In this document: positions 1 to 15,348 of the stretch, piece by piece | How positions within the stretch are numbered: position 1 is the first letter of the stretch | Layout of the letters: every line of letters begins with the position of its first letter | Assembly (NCBI GenBank): GCA_958009085.1 | Contig: OY253674.1 | Span: forward strand, 682,001 to 746,000 | Direction: 5' to 3' | Origin: Protoeuglena noctilucae | Lineage: Eukaryota | Length of the DNA stretch: 64,000 nt | Notes under the pieces: model-generated | The model's input: only the letters and a program-made list of their open reading frames with translations | Told to the model about the DNA's origin: nothing | The model's database searches: none | Program-made: the position numbers and the translations under genes

Positions 1-2615
1 CAGGTACCCCCGCTCACGCAAGAAGGCCGGGTGCGGCACGAGCACGCTTTCGGATCCTCCTGACAGCACGTGCACGACGTAACCGGCAGCGGACCGATGG
101 CAGAATGGGGCCTCTCTGCGGCAATGGGGAAAGAGCGACGGCGGTCAGGTTGAGATCGAGGGAGCAGTCGTGGATGGATTAGCCAAATGCATAGCGCAGC
201 GCCTCTGCTCCTCACCTGTGCGTGTGGAGGAGGGCTCCCTGCAGCACGCCATCCGAGGAAAGCTGCACCGCAAACATGGCGTTGCCAACAAGGCACGTGC
301 CGAGCCCCTTGAGCCACCAGGCAGGAGGGCGGCGGCGATGCATCGCAAGAGCATGCATGGCTGAACAGAGGTCCTGGGCGCCAGGGGGTTCCGATGCGAG
401 TGCGGGCTCCGGGCGCGCCTTAGCCGCCCCATTGTCGCCCCCGGGTGTCTGGCAGGGGATGGCATCGGCCGAGGGGCTGGCATCGGCTGAGCGCCCGTTC
501 GCCTGCTCCCTCCGAGACGTGCTCAGATGCACGTGTTCCAGAGCCGCAGCGATGCCGTTGCTGTCGTCTACTGTTTCGCCTGCAGACGCGCCCTGTGCCG
601 GCACGGTCGTCGCTCCCGCTTGCTCCTCAGCGCCGTTGCCGTTCGCCGGGCTTTCGGCCGCCAGCCACGCCGCTGCGGGGAGCCACGCAGGCCCCCGCTG
701 CTGGCACACTTGCAAGGATGGCGGGTGCCGGCCTGAGGGGAAGTCCAGCAGGTCCGACGCAAAGCCCAGGACCCTGCAAGTGCGGAGAGACGGCAACGGA
801 GACTACACTGCGATTTTCCCAACCCCGTTGAACGGCCCCCCTGTGGGTGCCACAGCCGCTCACCCCATCGTCGAGCACTTGTCCGACACGCCCACGCGGC
901 CCCACACCTCCCAGGGCTGCCCGTGGCGAGACAACAGGAGCGTTTCTGGGTCGACCAGGTCGTCGACGTCGCTGTCTGAGAGATGCAACGCCCATGCCGC
1001 GAGAGACATGCAGCCCATGAGCACCCCGACGCGCCCACACTCCTTGCACATGGCCCCCGACGCACGCTCCTGGGAGCCCGGGACCGCTCCCTCGCAGCAC
1101 CCGAGCCACAAGGAATCCGTCTCTGCAAATCGCCAGCGCGAGGGCCGCTGGCCACGGCCTGCTCCTACCCCTTCGCCCACACCTTCTGCTGCCACAGACA
1201 GCGCTCCCGGAGGAGCGCGAGGGTGCGCATCCTGTGGCAAGCCTGTCATCAAACCGGTCTCCGCTCCAAGCACGCCCTCCATTTGTACCACGGCTGGCCG
1301 GAGGCCACCGCCTGCCACGCGGGACGGTGCTGTGGTGATGGGGCTGCCCATAGAGCCCGCGCCGTCTGAGCGGAAACATAGCTCTTCCGATCTCTCACGG
1401 CAGCGCTCGGCAGGGTCACCCCGGGCGTCGCCAGGCAGCCTGCGGAACAGCCGCGTCAACCCAAAGGAGCACGACACCGCCAGGGCGGTTGCCGATGGGC
1501 TGAAACTGCAAGAAGAGGGCGCCCAAGGAATGTGAGGAGACGCAGACTAAACCAGCTTGCCCTGATACTTCAGCTGTCGCTACCGCTGCCGCTTGTACCT
1601 GGTGCAGTGGCGTCTCACACGGACGGAAAGGCACCCACACGCACCCATGCCTGGCATTCCAGGGTCACGCACCTGATGTCCGTGGGCTTCGAGCACGCGA
1701 GCTGAAGGGTCAGGTAGTCGCTGTGGCAGGGACGCCACTCGCGAGGGTCTGCCATCGCGCCGCGAAAGTGCCACACCTCCACCAGCCCCTCGCACGACGC
1801 CGCCGCCAGAAACTCCGCGTCCTGGCTGAGGCTCACGGCCGAGACGGGGAGGTTGAGGAAGAGGGTGTCGATGTGCGCGAGAGGCGACAGGGAGGGCAGG
1901 GCGATGGCTGGGCCGTGGCGTGCTGGGAGGTCTGCCCTGCTCATCGCATGCGGCTCGGGTGCTTTGGCTCGAGTGGGACCCAGCGTCGCATGGAAGCAAT
2001 AGCATCCCGCCACGCTGCCTAGGGCGACCAGGACCTGGTTCTCGCCCGATGAGGTAGGGCACGTGGCCATCGCTGCCGACGTGGGCTTGAAACGCGTGGG
2101 GCAGTGGGCGACGGGCACCAGCGCGCCAGCTGTGACTTCGAAAAGCAAGACGTCGCGCTTGCCCGCCACCGCAAACAGGGCGCCTGTCTGGTCCCAAGCG
2201 CTGCGTGCAGTGCGGCAGGCGTAGGTGGTCACGTGGGCGCAGCGGGGTGGGCAGGGCCAGGCAGGTCGGTGATGCGGTACTCACCAGGCGAAGGGGGGCG
2301 CGTTGTCGGGGAGGCCCACGCGGGCGACGAGTTGGGGCACCAGGCCGCTGCCGGCATGCCCGCTGGGGCTCAAGCAGTAGATGCCAACAAAGGGGTCGTG
2401 AAGGACGGCCTGCAGCCCGGGTCTCGAGGTAGATGGGTGCCTCTGGCGTCCGTTCGCTGGTAAGCACGTTCGAATTGCTGCGCGCGTTTCCTCACCACCC
2501 AGTTGCTCAGCGGGCGGCGCACCAAGCTCGGCACCAGGCTCGATGTGGGGGGCGCGGGGACCCGCCCAGCAGCCCAGTCCTCGTCCTTTGGAGTAAGCAT
2601 GAGCCTGTCATACAA
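1..2615 (-). CDS. WD40/beta-propeller-like protein, multi-exon; probably continues off the window start
   Basis: ATG at 2615. GT-AG splicing gives ...LSNWV|AVLHDPFVGIY...PFAC|AWDQTGALFAVAG...VSAVSLSQDAEFLAAASCEGLVEVWHF, which is WD-like. Further likely exons lie in ORFs 860-1477 and 212-796. Confidence 0.5.
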
Positions 2616-3003
2616 TCACTGACGCAATCGCACCACCGCATCCCCGGGACAGGGCGCCGAGCCTGCGCCAGCTCCTCTGCGCGAATCAGCCACTCTTACG
2701 GGGTCTCGGATGGCGAACGCGGATCCTTAGCAGTGCTTTGAAAGGAAGAATGGCAGGCCAGGTATGCTGCATCGGCGAATCGCGAGGAGTCCTCCGCACT
2801 TTGCCCGAGTGCCAGTGAAACTACGCCTTTTGCGCAGCCCGCCCTTCCCTGCCCGGTGCACTCGTTGGCTTCTCATCACCAGGAGGACGAATCATCCTTC
2901 CGGCTTGTCCCGCCCCCGCCGTACGCAAAGCTCTCGTGTCCTGCCCCTTTCCATCGCTTGCCGCCCGGTTCTCGCGTCGCACTGTAGACCGGAAGTCAGA
3001 TCC

Positions 3004-4512
3004 ATGTTCCCGGCGACCCCCGCGCACGTGGGGGCCCTCGGGCCGGGGTGCGCGGGCCCGTCCTTGCTGATGGACCCCCGCGCAGCCCAGATCCACTACG
3101 AGCACAGCAGGAGGGCGGGATCTGACGCCGCACACGTGCCATTGAGTGGGGCCGCGCCGTTGGCAGTGGATCCGGCGGACCTCGCGGAGGGACCGGGGAA
3201 TCCCAGGACGCGCACTCAGTGAGCGGGCAGAGAAACGCGCACAAGAAGCGCGCTTGGCCCGAGGGAGGCCGGTGCGGCCTTTCTTGGCATGTACAGGCTT
3301 TCTATGCATCACGACAAAGCCGCTTTTCCTATGCAGGAGCCCCTACGTCACGGGGACTTCCGTGCTCGCGGTCAAGTACAAGGTACGCGCTTCTCAAGCG
3401 TGGACGGGGCCCGCTGGCCAGGGAGACTTGACCGTCGTTTGCTTACCGCATTGTCGCCGACGTCGGCTAGGCAGAAGGCCGAAGCCGCACGCGCCACGAT
3501 TGCCTGCAGGACGGCGTGATGCTGGCCGCGGACATGCTGGGTTCGTACGGGTCCACGAAGCGCTACAAGGACGTGCAGCGCATTTTCAAGGTCAACAACG
3601 CATGCTTCATCGGCGCATCGGGGGAGATCTCGGATTTCCAGTACATCCAGGCGAGCCAGCAGGGCCCTTTGTGAAGCCACAGTCCTTCCTGGAAACCAGG
3701 GCAGGTGCTGACGTGTCGCTATCGCTGTCGCAACGCAGAAGCTCCTCGACTCGCTTGCGACGGAGGATTTCTGCACGGACGACGGCATTGTGATGAGCCC
3801 GACGGAGGTGTTCAGCTACCTCTCGCGCGTCATGTACAATCGCCGCAACAAGTTCGACCCGCTGTGGAACTCGATCGTCGTGGGTGGCGTGGAGAAGGTG
3901 CGCCGCGAGGGCAGGCTGGCTTGCCAGGGGACCTTGCATGGCCTTTGTGTGTCGGGTGGCGACCCTCTCGGCATCGCCATCGCCCTGCTTTAGGCCTGCC
4001 CTGGTCACGCCCGCAGAACGGGGAGCCCTTCCTCGGGTGCATCGCGATGAACGGCACGCGGTACACGGACGACCACGTGGCGACCGGGTTCGGGAACCAC
4101 CTGGCGCGCCCCCTCTTCCGCGAGACGCACCGCAACGACATGACGGCGACGGAGGCAGAGGAGCTGCTGAAGAAGGCCCTCAGGTAGGAGGCCAGAGCCG
4201 TGCGGCGAGCCAGACATCTCTGGCATCCTTTCGGCTGGCTCATGCCATGGTGTGCATCGATGTCCGCGGTGGGGCTCGATGGGGTTAAGATACCCAACGA
4301 CTGTGTCTCACCACAGCACCGCACGGTGACGTCACCGGTGGCGCTGCTCTCGCAGGGTCTGCTACTACCGGGACAAGCAGAGCATCAACAAGTTCCAGGT
4401 CGCGCGCGTGATGGCGCAGGGGGTCGAGGTGTCCGCCCCCTTCTCGCTCGACGTCACCTGGGACCTGCAGCATTTCCAGAACCCCACGCGTCTGGCCCCC
4501 GGCGCATGGTGA
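3004..4512 (+). CDS. PBG1: 20S proteasome subunit beta type-4 (beta7), 6 exons
   Basis: Spliced protein contains PYVTGTSVLAVKYK|DGVMLAADMLGSYGS, ASGEISDFQYIQ, MYNRRNKFDPLWN, ATGFGNHLARPLFRE and CYYRDKQSINKFQ. TGA at 4510-4512. Start could be 3004 or 3070. Confidence 0.95.
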
Positions 4513-4578
4513 AATGGCCGGACTTATGGCCGGACTTGTGGCCCTTGTGGCCACGCTGTGCCGTGCTGGAGATGCTAG

Positions 4579-7311
<2,733 letters not shown>

Positions 7312-8080
7312 TAGCACAGGCGGCGCCAGTAGGAGCCGCGCCTGCCGCACCCCGCGGAGCGACGGGTTCAATTGAAGAAGTCCACGCGGGCTGCAGCAGC
7401 GACTCTACGTCCCACCACCTTGTCACGGCGAGGCAGGTTGCCTGCTCGACCCACTGGCAGCTCTCCCATGGGCGATGGAACCCTGCAGCGCCTGTTGGTG
7501 CGTGCCTAGTCGCCATGGTCGTTTATCGCGGCCATCCGCCGCGCCGCCGTCCGATCGAAGTCGACTTTGTAAACTCGCAAGGTTTGAATGGACCAAAGGG
7601 CCTGTCTCGACTTGCTGTTTCGGGCGCTCATTTAGTCAGACGCGTACCACAGCAGATCGGCAGCGGTTGCGCTCTCCCCAGCGCGGGATAGCTTTATCCA
7701 CCATTTTTTAGCTGGTCTTTGCGGCATTTCGGGCAGTCGGCGCGCCGCAGTCAATCCATTCGCCGGCTCTCGCCCCGAACAGCGCATCCGGGGGCACTTT
7801 CACCGGGCCAATGGCGTCCTATTCATCGCAGGCAAGTCGTCCAGGCGCGACGGTCATGCAACGACCTATCGGGAGCAGGCACGCACTTTACTGCCCAGCT
7901 GCGGAATTGTAGCCCAAGCCGCGGTCCATCTGGGTCACACATGATATAAGTAGCATTAGACGCAGTTCCCGTGACGCAGCGATGCTGAATTGGGCGCCGG
8001 TTGGGGCCGTTTTCGGCGACTTGCTCTAACGGGGCCGGCTTGGGCCGAGAAAGCAGTGCGCATCTCGCACATATGCGCAG

Positions 8081-9648
8081 GACGTGTACCACGGCCACGA
8101 CGCTCGGTCGCTGGAAGTCTTCAGCGACCTGTACCAGCTCCCCCGACTCGCGAAAGAGGAGTGGAACGGCGCGGGATCCATCTTCGAGTGAGATTGGAGC
8201 CTTTTTTGCGACCCCCGCATGTCGCAGAGGGAGGCGACTACAGGCGACGCGCGGCTGACAGTCGCTTCTTTCCTCCTCCGCAGCGACCTGCTCTGCGACC
8301 AGGACGACCTGTACATGCCAGGAGTGATGGCTTCCGCCATGACCGCGCCTGGGTGAGCCCTCGCCGGCGTGCACTCGGGGTCGCGAGGCGCACCGTGCTC
8401 TGCACCTGCGCTCCGTTCCCTCGACGCCCGGGACGCTCGCGACGACGCTCCCTCGCAGGCGAGAATCTCCCACCGTGGTGACCGGTCCGGCGCCCCAAAC
8501 CCTGCCGGCGGGGAGCGGCGCGGTCCTGCAGGCCACGGCGAGCAGCACCATCACTGGAGAGCACCCGTCCTCCGAGCAGCCCCCGGCGGATCCCCCGGCA
8601 ATCCCCCCGGATGCCCCGCTTGAATGCGCGGAGAAGCAACATGACCTGGTTTCCTGGATCCTGGATCGGGAGCTCCAGGGCTTCATCGCACAGCTGGTCG
8701 CGAGGGGGGCCGCAGCTGGGAACAGGTTCCCCTGGCCCACCAAGATCGTCAACAAGGCGACGTCGGTCATGCAGCTCATGGGCAAGCACGTCGCCGATGT
8801 CAGCATCAACTTCCACGGCCAGACGCGCCGCGGGTCGCGCTGCACGGTGCTCAACCACCTGGCCGAGAAACTGAAGGACGAGCGAGGACCCCTCATCTCC
8901 GCTGGGTGCCTGACCGCATGCATCAAAGGTGAAGCTTGGCCCCTGAGCGCCCATGGCCCACCACTGCGCCCGCGGGACATCATGTGACGCACGCGACGGT
9001 CTCCGGAGCCCGCAGACGCGGCGTTCCAAGCCGTCCAGGCGCTGGAGGGCGAGGAGGGCGAGCTCGGCAAGACAGCCCACGCCGTGACCGCCGAGATGGA
9101 GAGGCTCAAGGGCACCCCCCACCTCAAGCCCTTCCTCCTCGTCGATGACGCCTGCCGTGCCATCCCCCGCGACGTGGACGCCGCCAGCCACGCCTTCAAG
9201 GTTGTGCAGAAGGAGGTGTGGGCGGCGTGCAAGTGAGTCCGAGCAGCGCTGCGACGCCATGCCGCAGCCACCGCGATGCATGGTCGAGGCGTCCTGTGTT
9301 GGCCCAACTTCTGCGCCCTCCCCACGCTGCCGCAGCAAGGCCCTGGTGGACAAACTGATGGACGCCGGGATCCGGATAGCGGCCCTGTGCCGGGACGGGA
9401 AGAAGGCGCAGGTGCAGCAGGCCTTTCGAGTCTTCCCCACCGACGAGAAGACGCTCGCCAAGCGCGAGAGGGCGACAGACAGCGACGCCCCGCCGGCCAA
9501 GCGGCGCGCAGGCGCCGCGATTGCGCATGCAGCGTCGGCCGAGGGCTCGGTGAGCGCGGGCATCCGGCAGAGCGGCCGCCTCCGTGACAAGGGCCGGCCA
9601 TCGTACATTGACCTGGACAAGGGCGTTGTCGACATGGACAGCACGTGA
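8081..9648 (+). CDS. Hypothetical multi-exon protein (start codon not resolved)
   Basis: Phase-compatible GT-AG exons read DVYHGHDARSLEVF..., DLLCDQDDLYMPG..., EKQHDLVSWILDRELQGF..., AAFQAVQALEGEEG... and ALVDKLMDAG...DMDST*. I recognise no family. Confidence 0.55.
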
Positions 9649-10117
9649 TCTGCAACAGCAGCCAGGGCAGCCCCCAGCGCGCGCACCCATCCATGGATGG
9701 GCATTTATGCGCGGTGGGCCCCCTATTTTGCCTCCTCCGAGGCTTTCGCGCCAAAGCACGCGACCCATTGACCCCTCCTGGTACCCATCGCACGGATAGG
9801 CTCGCCGTCAGCATCGTATCCGGACATCCATAGCAACCACAACGTGTCTCGCCAGCTGGTTGAGCAGAGAGGGCCAGCGGACAGCAGTTTTGGTCCGCTT
9901 GATTCCCGTGCCGTTCTCGCCACAGTTGCTAGGCACGGTCCCCATGACATTGGACTGCGCGTGACCGCTTGACACTTGACGCATAGGTGATGCCTATTGA
10001 ATGGCGCCGCTGCCGCTGCGACCCTCCAAGCGCCAAGGCGCGAGCTGCCTCGTGAGGCCGTCCAGGTCTGCGACGCCACCCCGCTGCGTGCACAAGAGAG
10101 ATGCGAGGGGATGGCAT

Positions 10118-12034
10118 CTACATCCCTGCCTGTCGCATGCAGTGCAGCGTGCCGCCGACGCACCCCGCCTCGCTCAGCGCCGCAAGGGTGTCACCCACCT
10201 CGTCCAGCAGGTACATCGGGTCGTCGGACTGAAGGCGCCCGCTTCCCAGCGCAGCAGCCGCCCCTCCGCCCCGAGCCCTGCGCTTCGGGCCGCCCCTCGC
10301 ATGCCCCGGTCGACTGTCGGGGGCGTCGGCCGCCTGTGCACCTCCCGCCCCTGCGTCTCGGCTCTGGCGCGCCGCTGCCGGCAGGTACAGAGGCGTGGGG
10401 ACCAGCAGGTCGGGGTTCGCTCGGATGCGAAAGCCGTGGTCCGGCCCCGGCCCCCCGCCACCCTCAGCTGCACGCCAAGCCGCCGTGCCGCCCCCATGCG
10501 CCGTCTCCGCTGCCGTGGCAAGGGCCGCTGCTCGCATGGCCCCCCGCAGTGCAGCGTCAGGTCCGGAGATGCTGGGGCCAGGGCGTCGCGCTCGCGTTGC
10601 GGCGCAGGCCCAGCCAGGCTCGGCAGCGACAGTGCTGCGAGCAGGCGGCGCGACCCACCTGCTGCTGCCGGCAGCGTCGGGGGGCCGCTCGCTGACCACG
10701 AGCTGCCGCCCCAGCACGTCGATGCGAATGGAGACCATGCGACGGCGGGCCTCCTCCTCCGCAATCCGCCGCTCCTCGCGCTCTGCCAGCTCCCGGCGCT
10801 CCTCGGCACTGAGCCACGCGCTGCCCTCCCCGCCGTAGTAGTCGCCCTGGTCGTCGATCACGGCCGTCCGCTGCGCCGCCGTCCGATCATAGTCGACCAG
10901 GCGGTCCTTGAACTGCAGCGCCTCCCGCGTCGCCTTGTCCAGACGGATGCCAGCATCCTCGGGCGCATCGGCTGACAGGTACCGCAGGCGCACCTGGGCG
11001 CGGCAGAAGGTGCACTGGCCGCCCGACCGCAGAAAGGCCAGGGCTTCGGGGGTCACCTCCCGGAGGTCGAAAATGCGACCGCACTCGAGGCAGTTGAGCA
11101 CGCGGCGCTCAATCACGAGGTCGGCGCCCGCGACGGGCGCCTCGGGCTGCGTGGGTGCAAGTCGGGGAGGGGCTGCGACGTGCTGTGTGTGGGGTGCTAT
11201 CGCCACCTGTCACGCGGGGGCAGGCGCACCTTGTCCCCGTCGCTGTCCTTCGTCTTGCCCCCGCGCCCCTTCCTGGGTTTGGCCCTCCCGACCGCCACGT
11301 TGGCCCCAAACGCCAGGCCCCTGCGGTCCAAAACCTCGTTGCGGTCTCGCGCCTGCGGGGCCAAGCCGCCCTCGGACGCCGCCGACGCAAACTCCACGCG
11401 CGGTTGTGCGGCAGACTTGTAGCTGGGCTGGCCCTTCCCGCCCCTCGTGCTCTGGGTGAGGCCCGGCACGTCTACCTCTGCGCGGGCCGAGTCGCGCAGG
11501 CGACATCAGAGCGACGGACGCATGCGAGCCGCGGCATGCAGACGATGCGCCATCGGCTCACCCGTCTCGTGCTTCAGGTAGGCCTGGAGCTGGTCCGGTT
11601 CCCCGACCAGCGCGTCTCCTGCCCTCGACGCCGCCACCGCAGCGAACAGCGACTGGCTCGCATGCTCCTCCTTTGCAGCAGCACGCGACCCCCTCGAGTG
11701 CCCGGCGGGCTCGGCGGGGCGGGGCGGGGAGCTGGCCGCGTCCGCTTGCTTTCGTCGGCGAAAGTACTCCGCGACGACCCCCTTGACGGCCGGGTCACCC
11801 TCAGCGAAGTTGTCCACGATATCTTCCACGGCGTCTGCGGCACAGATTGCCAAAGGATGAGGCGAACGAGTAGAACAAAGCGCGCTGTCCAACGTGACTG
11901 GCCCGCAACCGACAGCCTGCTGAGCCAGCACCTGCCGAGCTCGCCGCCTCAATTGCCTGGACAATGCCGTCCAACAGAAACTCCTCCCACCCGAGAGCCT
12001 GCTCCAGCTGCTCGCGCAGCCAGATTGAGGCCAT
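10118..12034 (-). CDS. TRIP4: Activating signal cointegrator 1 (TRIP4/Rqt4)-like zinc-finger protein
   Basis: N-terminus MASIWLREQLEQALG. Contains NCLECGRI...CTFC, followed by KDRLVDYDRTAAQRTAVIDDQGDYY and WLSAEER, typical of ASC-1. The 3' end is approximate. Confidence 0.85.
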
Positions 12035-12344
12035 CTACGCGGGAATACCGGCCTGCAGGCGTTGGTGCGATGCAGTGAAGGGAGCGATGTGCATGAATCT
12101 CTCGTCCACCGCTTCCAGGAGACCATGATAAGGCAGGGTAAGTGGGGTGGGCACTGGCGCTCTCCGTCAGGGTGCCGGTGATTCCCTTTCAAGCGCCAAT
12201 CGGCGCATCCGATCCCAGAACTGCCATCCCTCGACAGCCATCGCCCGTCTGGTGGCGTAGTTTGGGCAGGAACGCCACGCACGGTCCCTGCGGAGGCCCT
12301 GCGCCACAAATCTCTGGCTCCACATCGCCGATTCGCTCGAAACC

Positions 12345-13639
12345 ATGACTGGGCTTGCCTGCTGCTCCTCAGCAGTTCAGAGAGCATACTCGGCTGGCGC
12401 TGCGGGAGCTTCCGCAGCAGCGAGGCCCCGGAGCGTGGCCGCGATTGGTGGTCGCCACAGACCGGAGCCCTGCGGCGTCCAGCACGCACGCGTTCGGCGA
12501 TCCGTGTGCGAGCACCATGAGTATGGCCAGCGCGACCCCCGCGGTGCGATCCAGCGGTGCGGGGCGACGGGGAACCCCGGCACGGCGTCGGATCCCTTTG
12601 TGGACGACCGCGTCTTCCGCGACAGCTGGTTCGACCGGCTTTTCATGTTCCTGTTCGCGAAGAAGATGTCGGATGCGCTGGGGGGCAAGAAGCCGTCCGT
12701 GGGGACGATGGTGAGCGGCAGCGGCCTGGCACCACGAACGTGGATGGGGCCGGATGGACGCAGCCGCAGGAGCGCTCAGCCTCTGCTCCTGCAGGCCGAT
12801 TGGGAGGGGTTCGTCGACATTTCTCGGGAGATCATGAGGGGCCGCAACAGCAAGCAACAGCAGGAGACGGTGGCGGGGGTCCTCTTGTCGGTCATGCCCC
12901 CGGACGCGCCGGCGGTCTTCCGGTGAGGCGGGCGACGACCCGGCGAACCAGCGCGGGACCGTCTTCATCGCGTCGCGGCATTCCCTGCCCCCTTGACTCC
13001 TCGCAGAAAGCTCTTCCCGCTGAGCAAGAGCAGCCTGGAGATCAATGCGTGGATCACCACGGTGTTTTTCCGATGGCTCGTGGGGCCGATGACGCTGGAG
13101 CGCAAGGAGGTGGCCTTGCCGGGCCGGGAGCCGGAGCCGATGATGGTGGGCGTCAAGATCGAGAAGTGCAGGTACCTGCAGGCGAGCGGGTGCGTGGGCA
13201 TGTGCGTCAACATGTGCAAGCTCCCGACCCAGAGGTTCTTCACCGACGAGTTCGGGCTGCCGCTCACAATGGTGAGCGACGACGCCTGCGCCTGCGCGCA
13301 TTCCTGGGGGTCCCCTTCTTGTCCCACGCCTTCCCGGTCCTCGTGCGCCTCTGCAGAAGCCCAATTTCGAGGACCTGTCGTGCGAGATGGTGTTCGGCCA
13401 GGCCCCGCCGCGAGTCGAGGACGACGAGGTCTACAGCCAGGCGAGGATGAGGACGAAGCCCAGCGACGATAGCCGGGCTAGGGCTTCCGAACGCATGCGC
13501 CTCACCCATGTGCCTCACAGATTGGGTCCTCTTGCCCCCGCAGCCCTGCTTCGCCAACAAGTGCACGCTCGGCGAGCCAGGGCCGAAGCCCTGCCCCAAG
13601 ATCGATACGGATCGAGCGCGCAAGGCGAGGGCAGCCTAA
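12345..13639 (+). CDS. D27: Beta-carotene isomerase D27-like, with predicted plastid transit peptide
   Basis: Motifs DSWFDRLFMFLF, FFRWLVGP, VKIEKCRYLQASGCVGMCVNMCKLPTQRFFTDEFGLPLTM|KPNFEDLSCEMVFGQAPP. The N-terminus is Ala/Ser/Arg-rich. TAA at 13637-13639. Confidence 0.92.
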
Positions 13640-14373
13640 CGGTCCGCGTCCCCAGCGCCTGGGAGCCGCATTCGACCGCCGGGGGGCATTTTCTGCTTGT
13701 GATGCGCCAATGATGCACAGGGCGGGGCTTGGGCGGGCCGGAAGGCCGCCGTTGGGTTTCTGTCCCAGGGAGCCGTCGCCCGGGCTCCGTCGTCGCTGCC
13801 CGGTATGCCTTTTGTGCTATTTTTTCCAGAAGTGCTCGACGCGTGCTCTTATTCCCCCGGCCGGCTGCTGGGTAGCCTCCCGGCGGCGCCGCCTCCAGCT
13901 CGTGGCATTCCGGGCCCGGGAGGCGCCGCGCACGTTGGAGTTTTGTTGCTCAACGCGTAGGTATGCTCCAGTCGTAGCGGGCAGCCGTGAATCGTGAGGG
14001 AAAAGCCGTGTCCCCCGCTCCTCTGCCCCCCATACTTGGTCAGGGTTTATCTGGCCTGACTCTCCGCCCCAAAGGTTATGACCATGCTTGCACAGGATCT
14101 GTGTAACGGTCGTACACCTTTGTCTGTATCATCCAAAACAGACAAGCTCCTCAGAGCCGACGACGAACCACTGCTCCCGCTACTGAGCGCGAAGTGCCGC
14201 TGGCGCGCCTGCCGTCTTCGGACGACGGTGCGCCTGCCTTGAGGACCATCCCTGGGTGCTTCATTCCGCCCCAGTGGATGTAGCGGGAGCGTTCCGAGGC
14301 TTTTGCTCTCCCACGCGCTCGGCGGCGGGGGGGGTGTCATTCATCACACCCTTCTTACGGAACACGCCCCCAC

Positions 14374-15166
14374 GAGTCCCAGGGGGGACTCGGACGCGCG
14401 ATGGCGCGATCCGCCGGCCGCCTCCTCGTGGCGCCCTCTGGACACCGCGCCTTTATGGCCGGTGACGAAGAGCCGGTTCACAAAAAATGGCGCGGTGGCG
14501 CGCAGTGCGGTGGTTCGGCAGTGGTTGGGCCAAGGCGGAGGCTGGCGAGTTGGCGAGGGGGTGCGGTTGGGTGTTTTGCGTGCATTCGCGACGGCTGAGG
14601 CGGTCGCATATCCCCTGGCAGGCGCCAGGCGGCAGCACGACGCGCTCGAGTTCTGCTGGTCGGGACAAGCCGCGCCCCCGAGTCTAGGGGGGCTTTCGGG
14701 GCGCTGCGCGCTGTGTGCGTGCAGAGGACGGCAGGCTTTCGTGACGGGGACGCAGAGCGACCGGTGGGACGCGGGGACCGCGCCGGTGGGACCAGGGTGG
14801 GGTCCGTTGTTAGCATGGGGCGAAAGTGCTCTGCGCCGCGGCATGGGGGCTTGTCTCTGCTTCGTTGCTTCGCTGTTGTATTTGTACCCAGGGGCCCGCT
14901 CGCGTGGCATCCTGCGGTTGCTCGTCCCGACAGGGGCGGCGGTTCGGCGAAGGGGCTAGGGGCGCTGGAGCCCGGGGCGGCGGCCCCATAGCCTTCGGGT
15001 GGGGGGACCTAGCGGGGGCGGGCCAAGTGCCATATGCACTGCGATAATGGAACCCCCGGGGTGCGGCAGCCCCGGGGGAAGGCGCCCTTGTTGCGCGAGC
15101 CTAGCTCATGCGGCGAGGATCCTGATGGACCTCAGCACCCTCAGCTATTGAACTGCACATCATCAT
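14374..15166 (+). mobile_element. Non-autonomous (CAT)n-tailed retroelement copy 1 (~790 bp) with 11-bp TSD
   Basis: Flanked by CACGCCCCCAC at 14363-14373 and 15167-15177 and ends in CATCATCAT. Internal segments recur at 15183-15473 and about 18066-18317. Confidence 0.7.
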
Positions 15167-15264
15167 CACGCCCCCACAAAACGGCGCGGTGGCGCGCAGT
15201 GCGGTGGTTCGGCGGTGGTTTGGCCAAGGCGGAGGCTGGCGAGTTGGCGAGTTGGCGAGTTGGC

Positions 15265-15348
15265 CTGCCCCGGGGGACGGCACTTCTGCCGCAAGGCGTG
15301 GCTCTGAGAGTCATAGCACCCCTCGACTGTTGAATCGCTCATCATCAT
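15265..15348 (+). mobile_element. 5'-truncated 84-bp copy of the (CAT)n-tailed element
   Basis: Matches 18238-18293 and ends in CATCATCAT. Flanked by CGAGTTGGC at 15256-15264 and 15349-15357. The homologous empty site is visible at about 14540-14560. Confidence 0.8.

Noticed and set aside
2370..2615. 81-aa ORF as a separate upstream cistron
   Set aside because: It splices in phase (LSNWV|AVLHDPF) into the WD40-like gene, so it is exon 1 plus intron read-through.
7823..9814. 663-aa minus-strand ORF and other long antisense ORFs (for example 43841-46312 and 31515-32771)
   Set aside because: These are Arg/Pro/Ala-rich shadow frames expected at high GC, opposite better-supported spliced genes.
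15131..15348. RTGATGA motifs on the minus strand as C/D snoRNA box C
   Set aside because: They are the complement of the (CAT)n element tails, with no consistent box D spacing or terminal stem.
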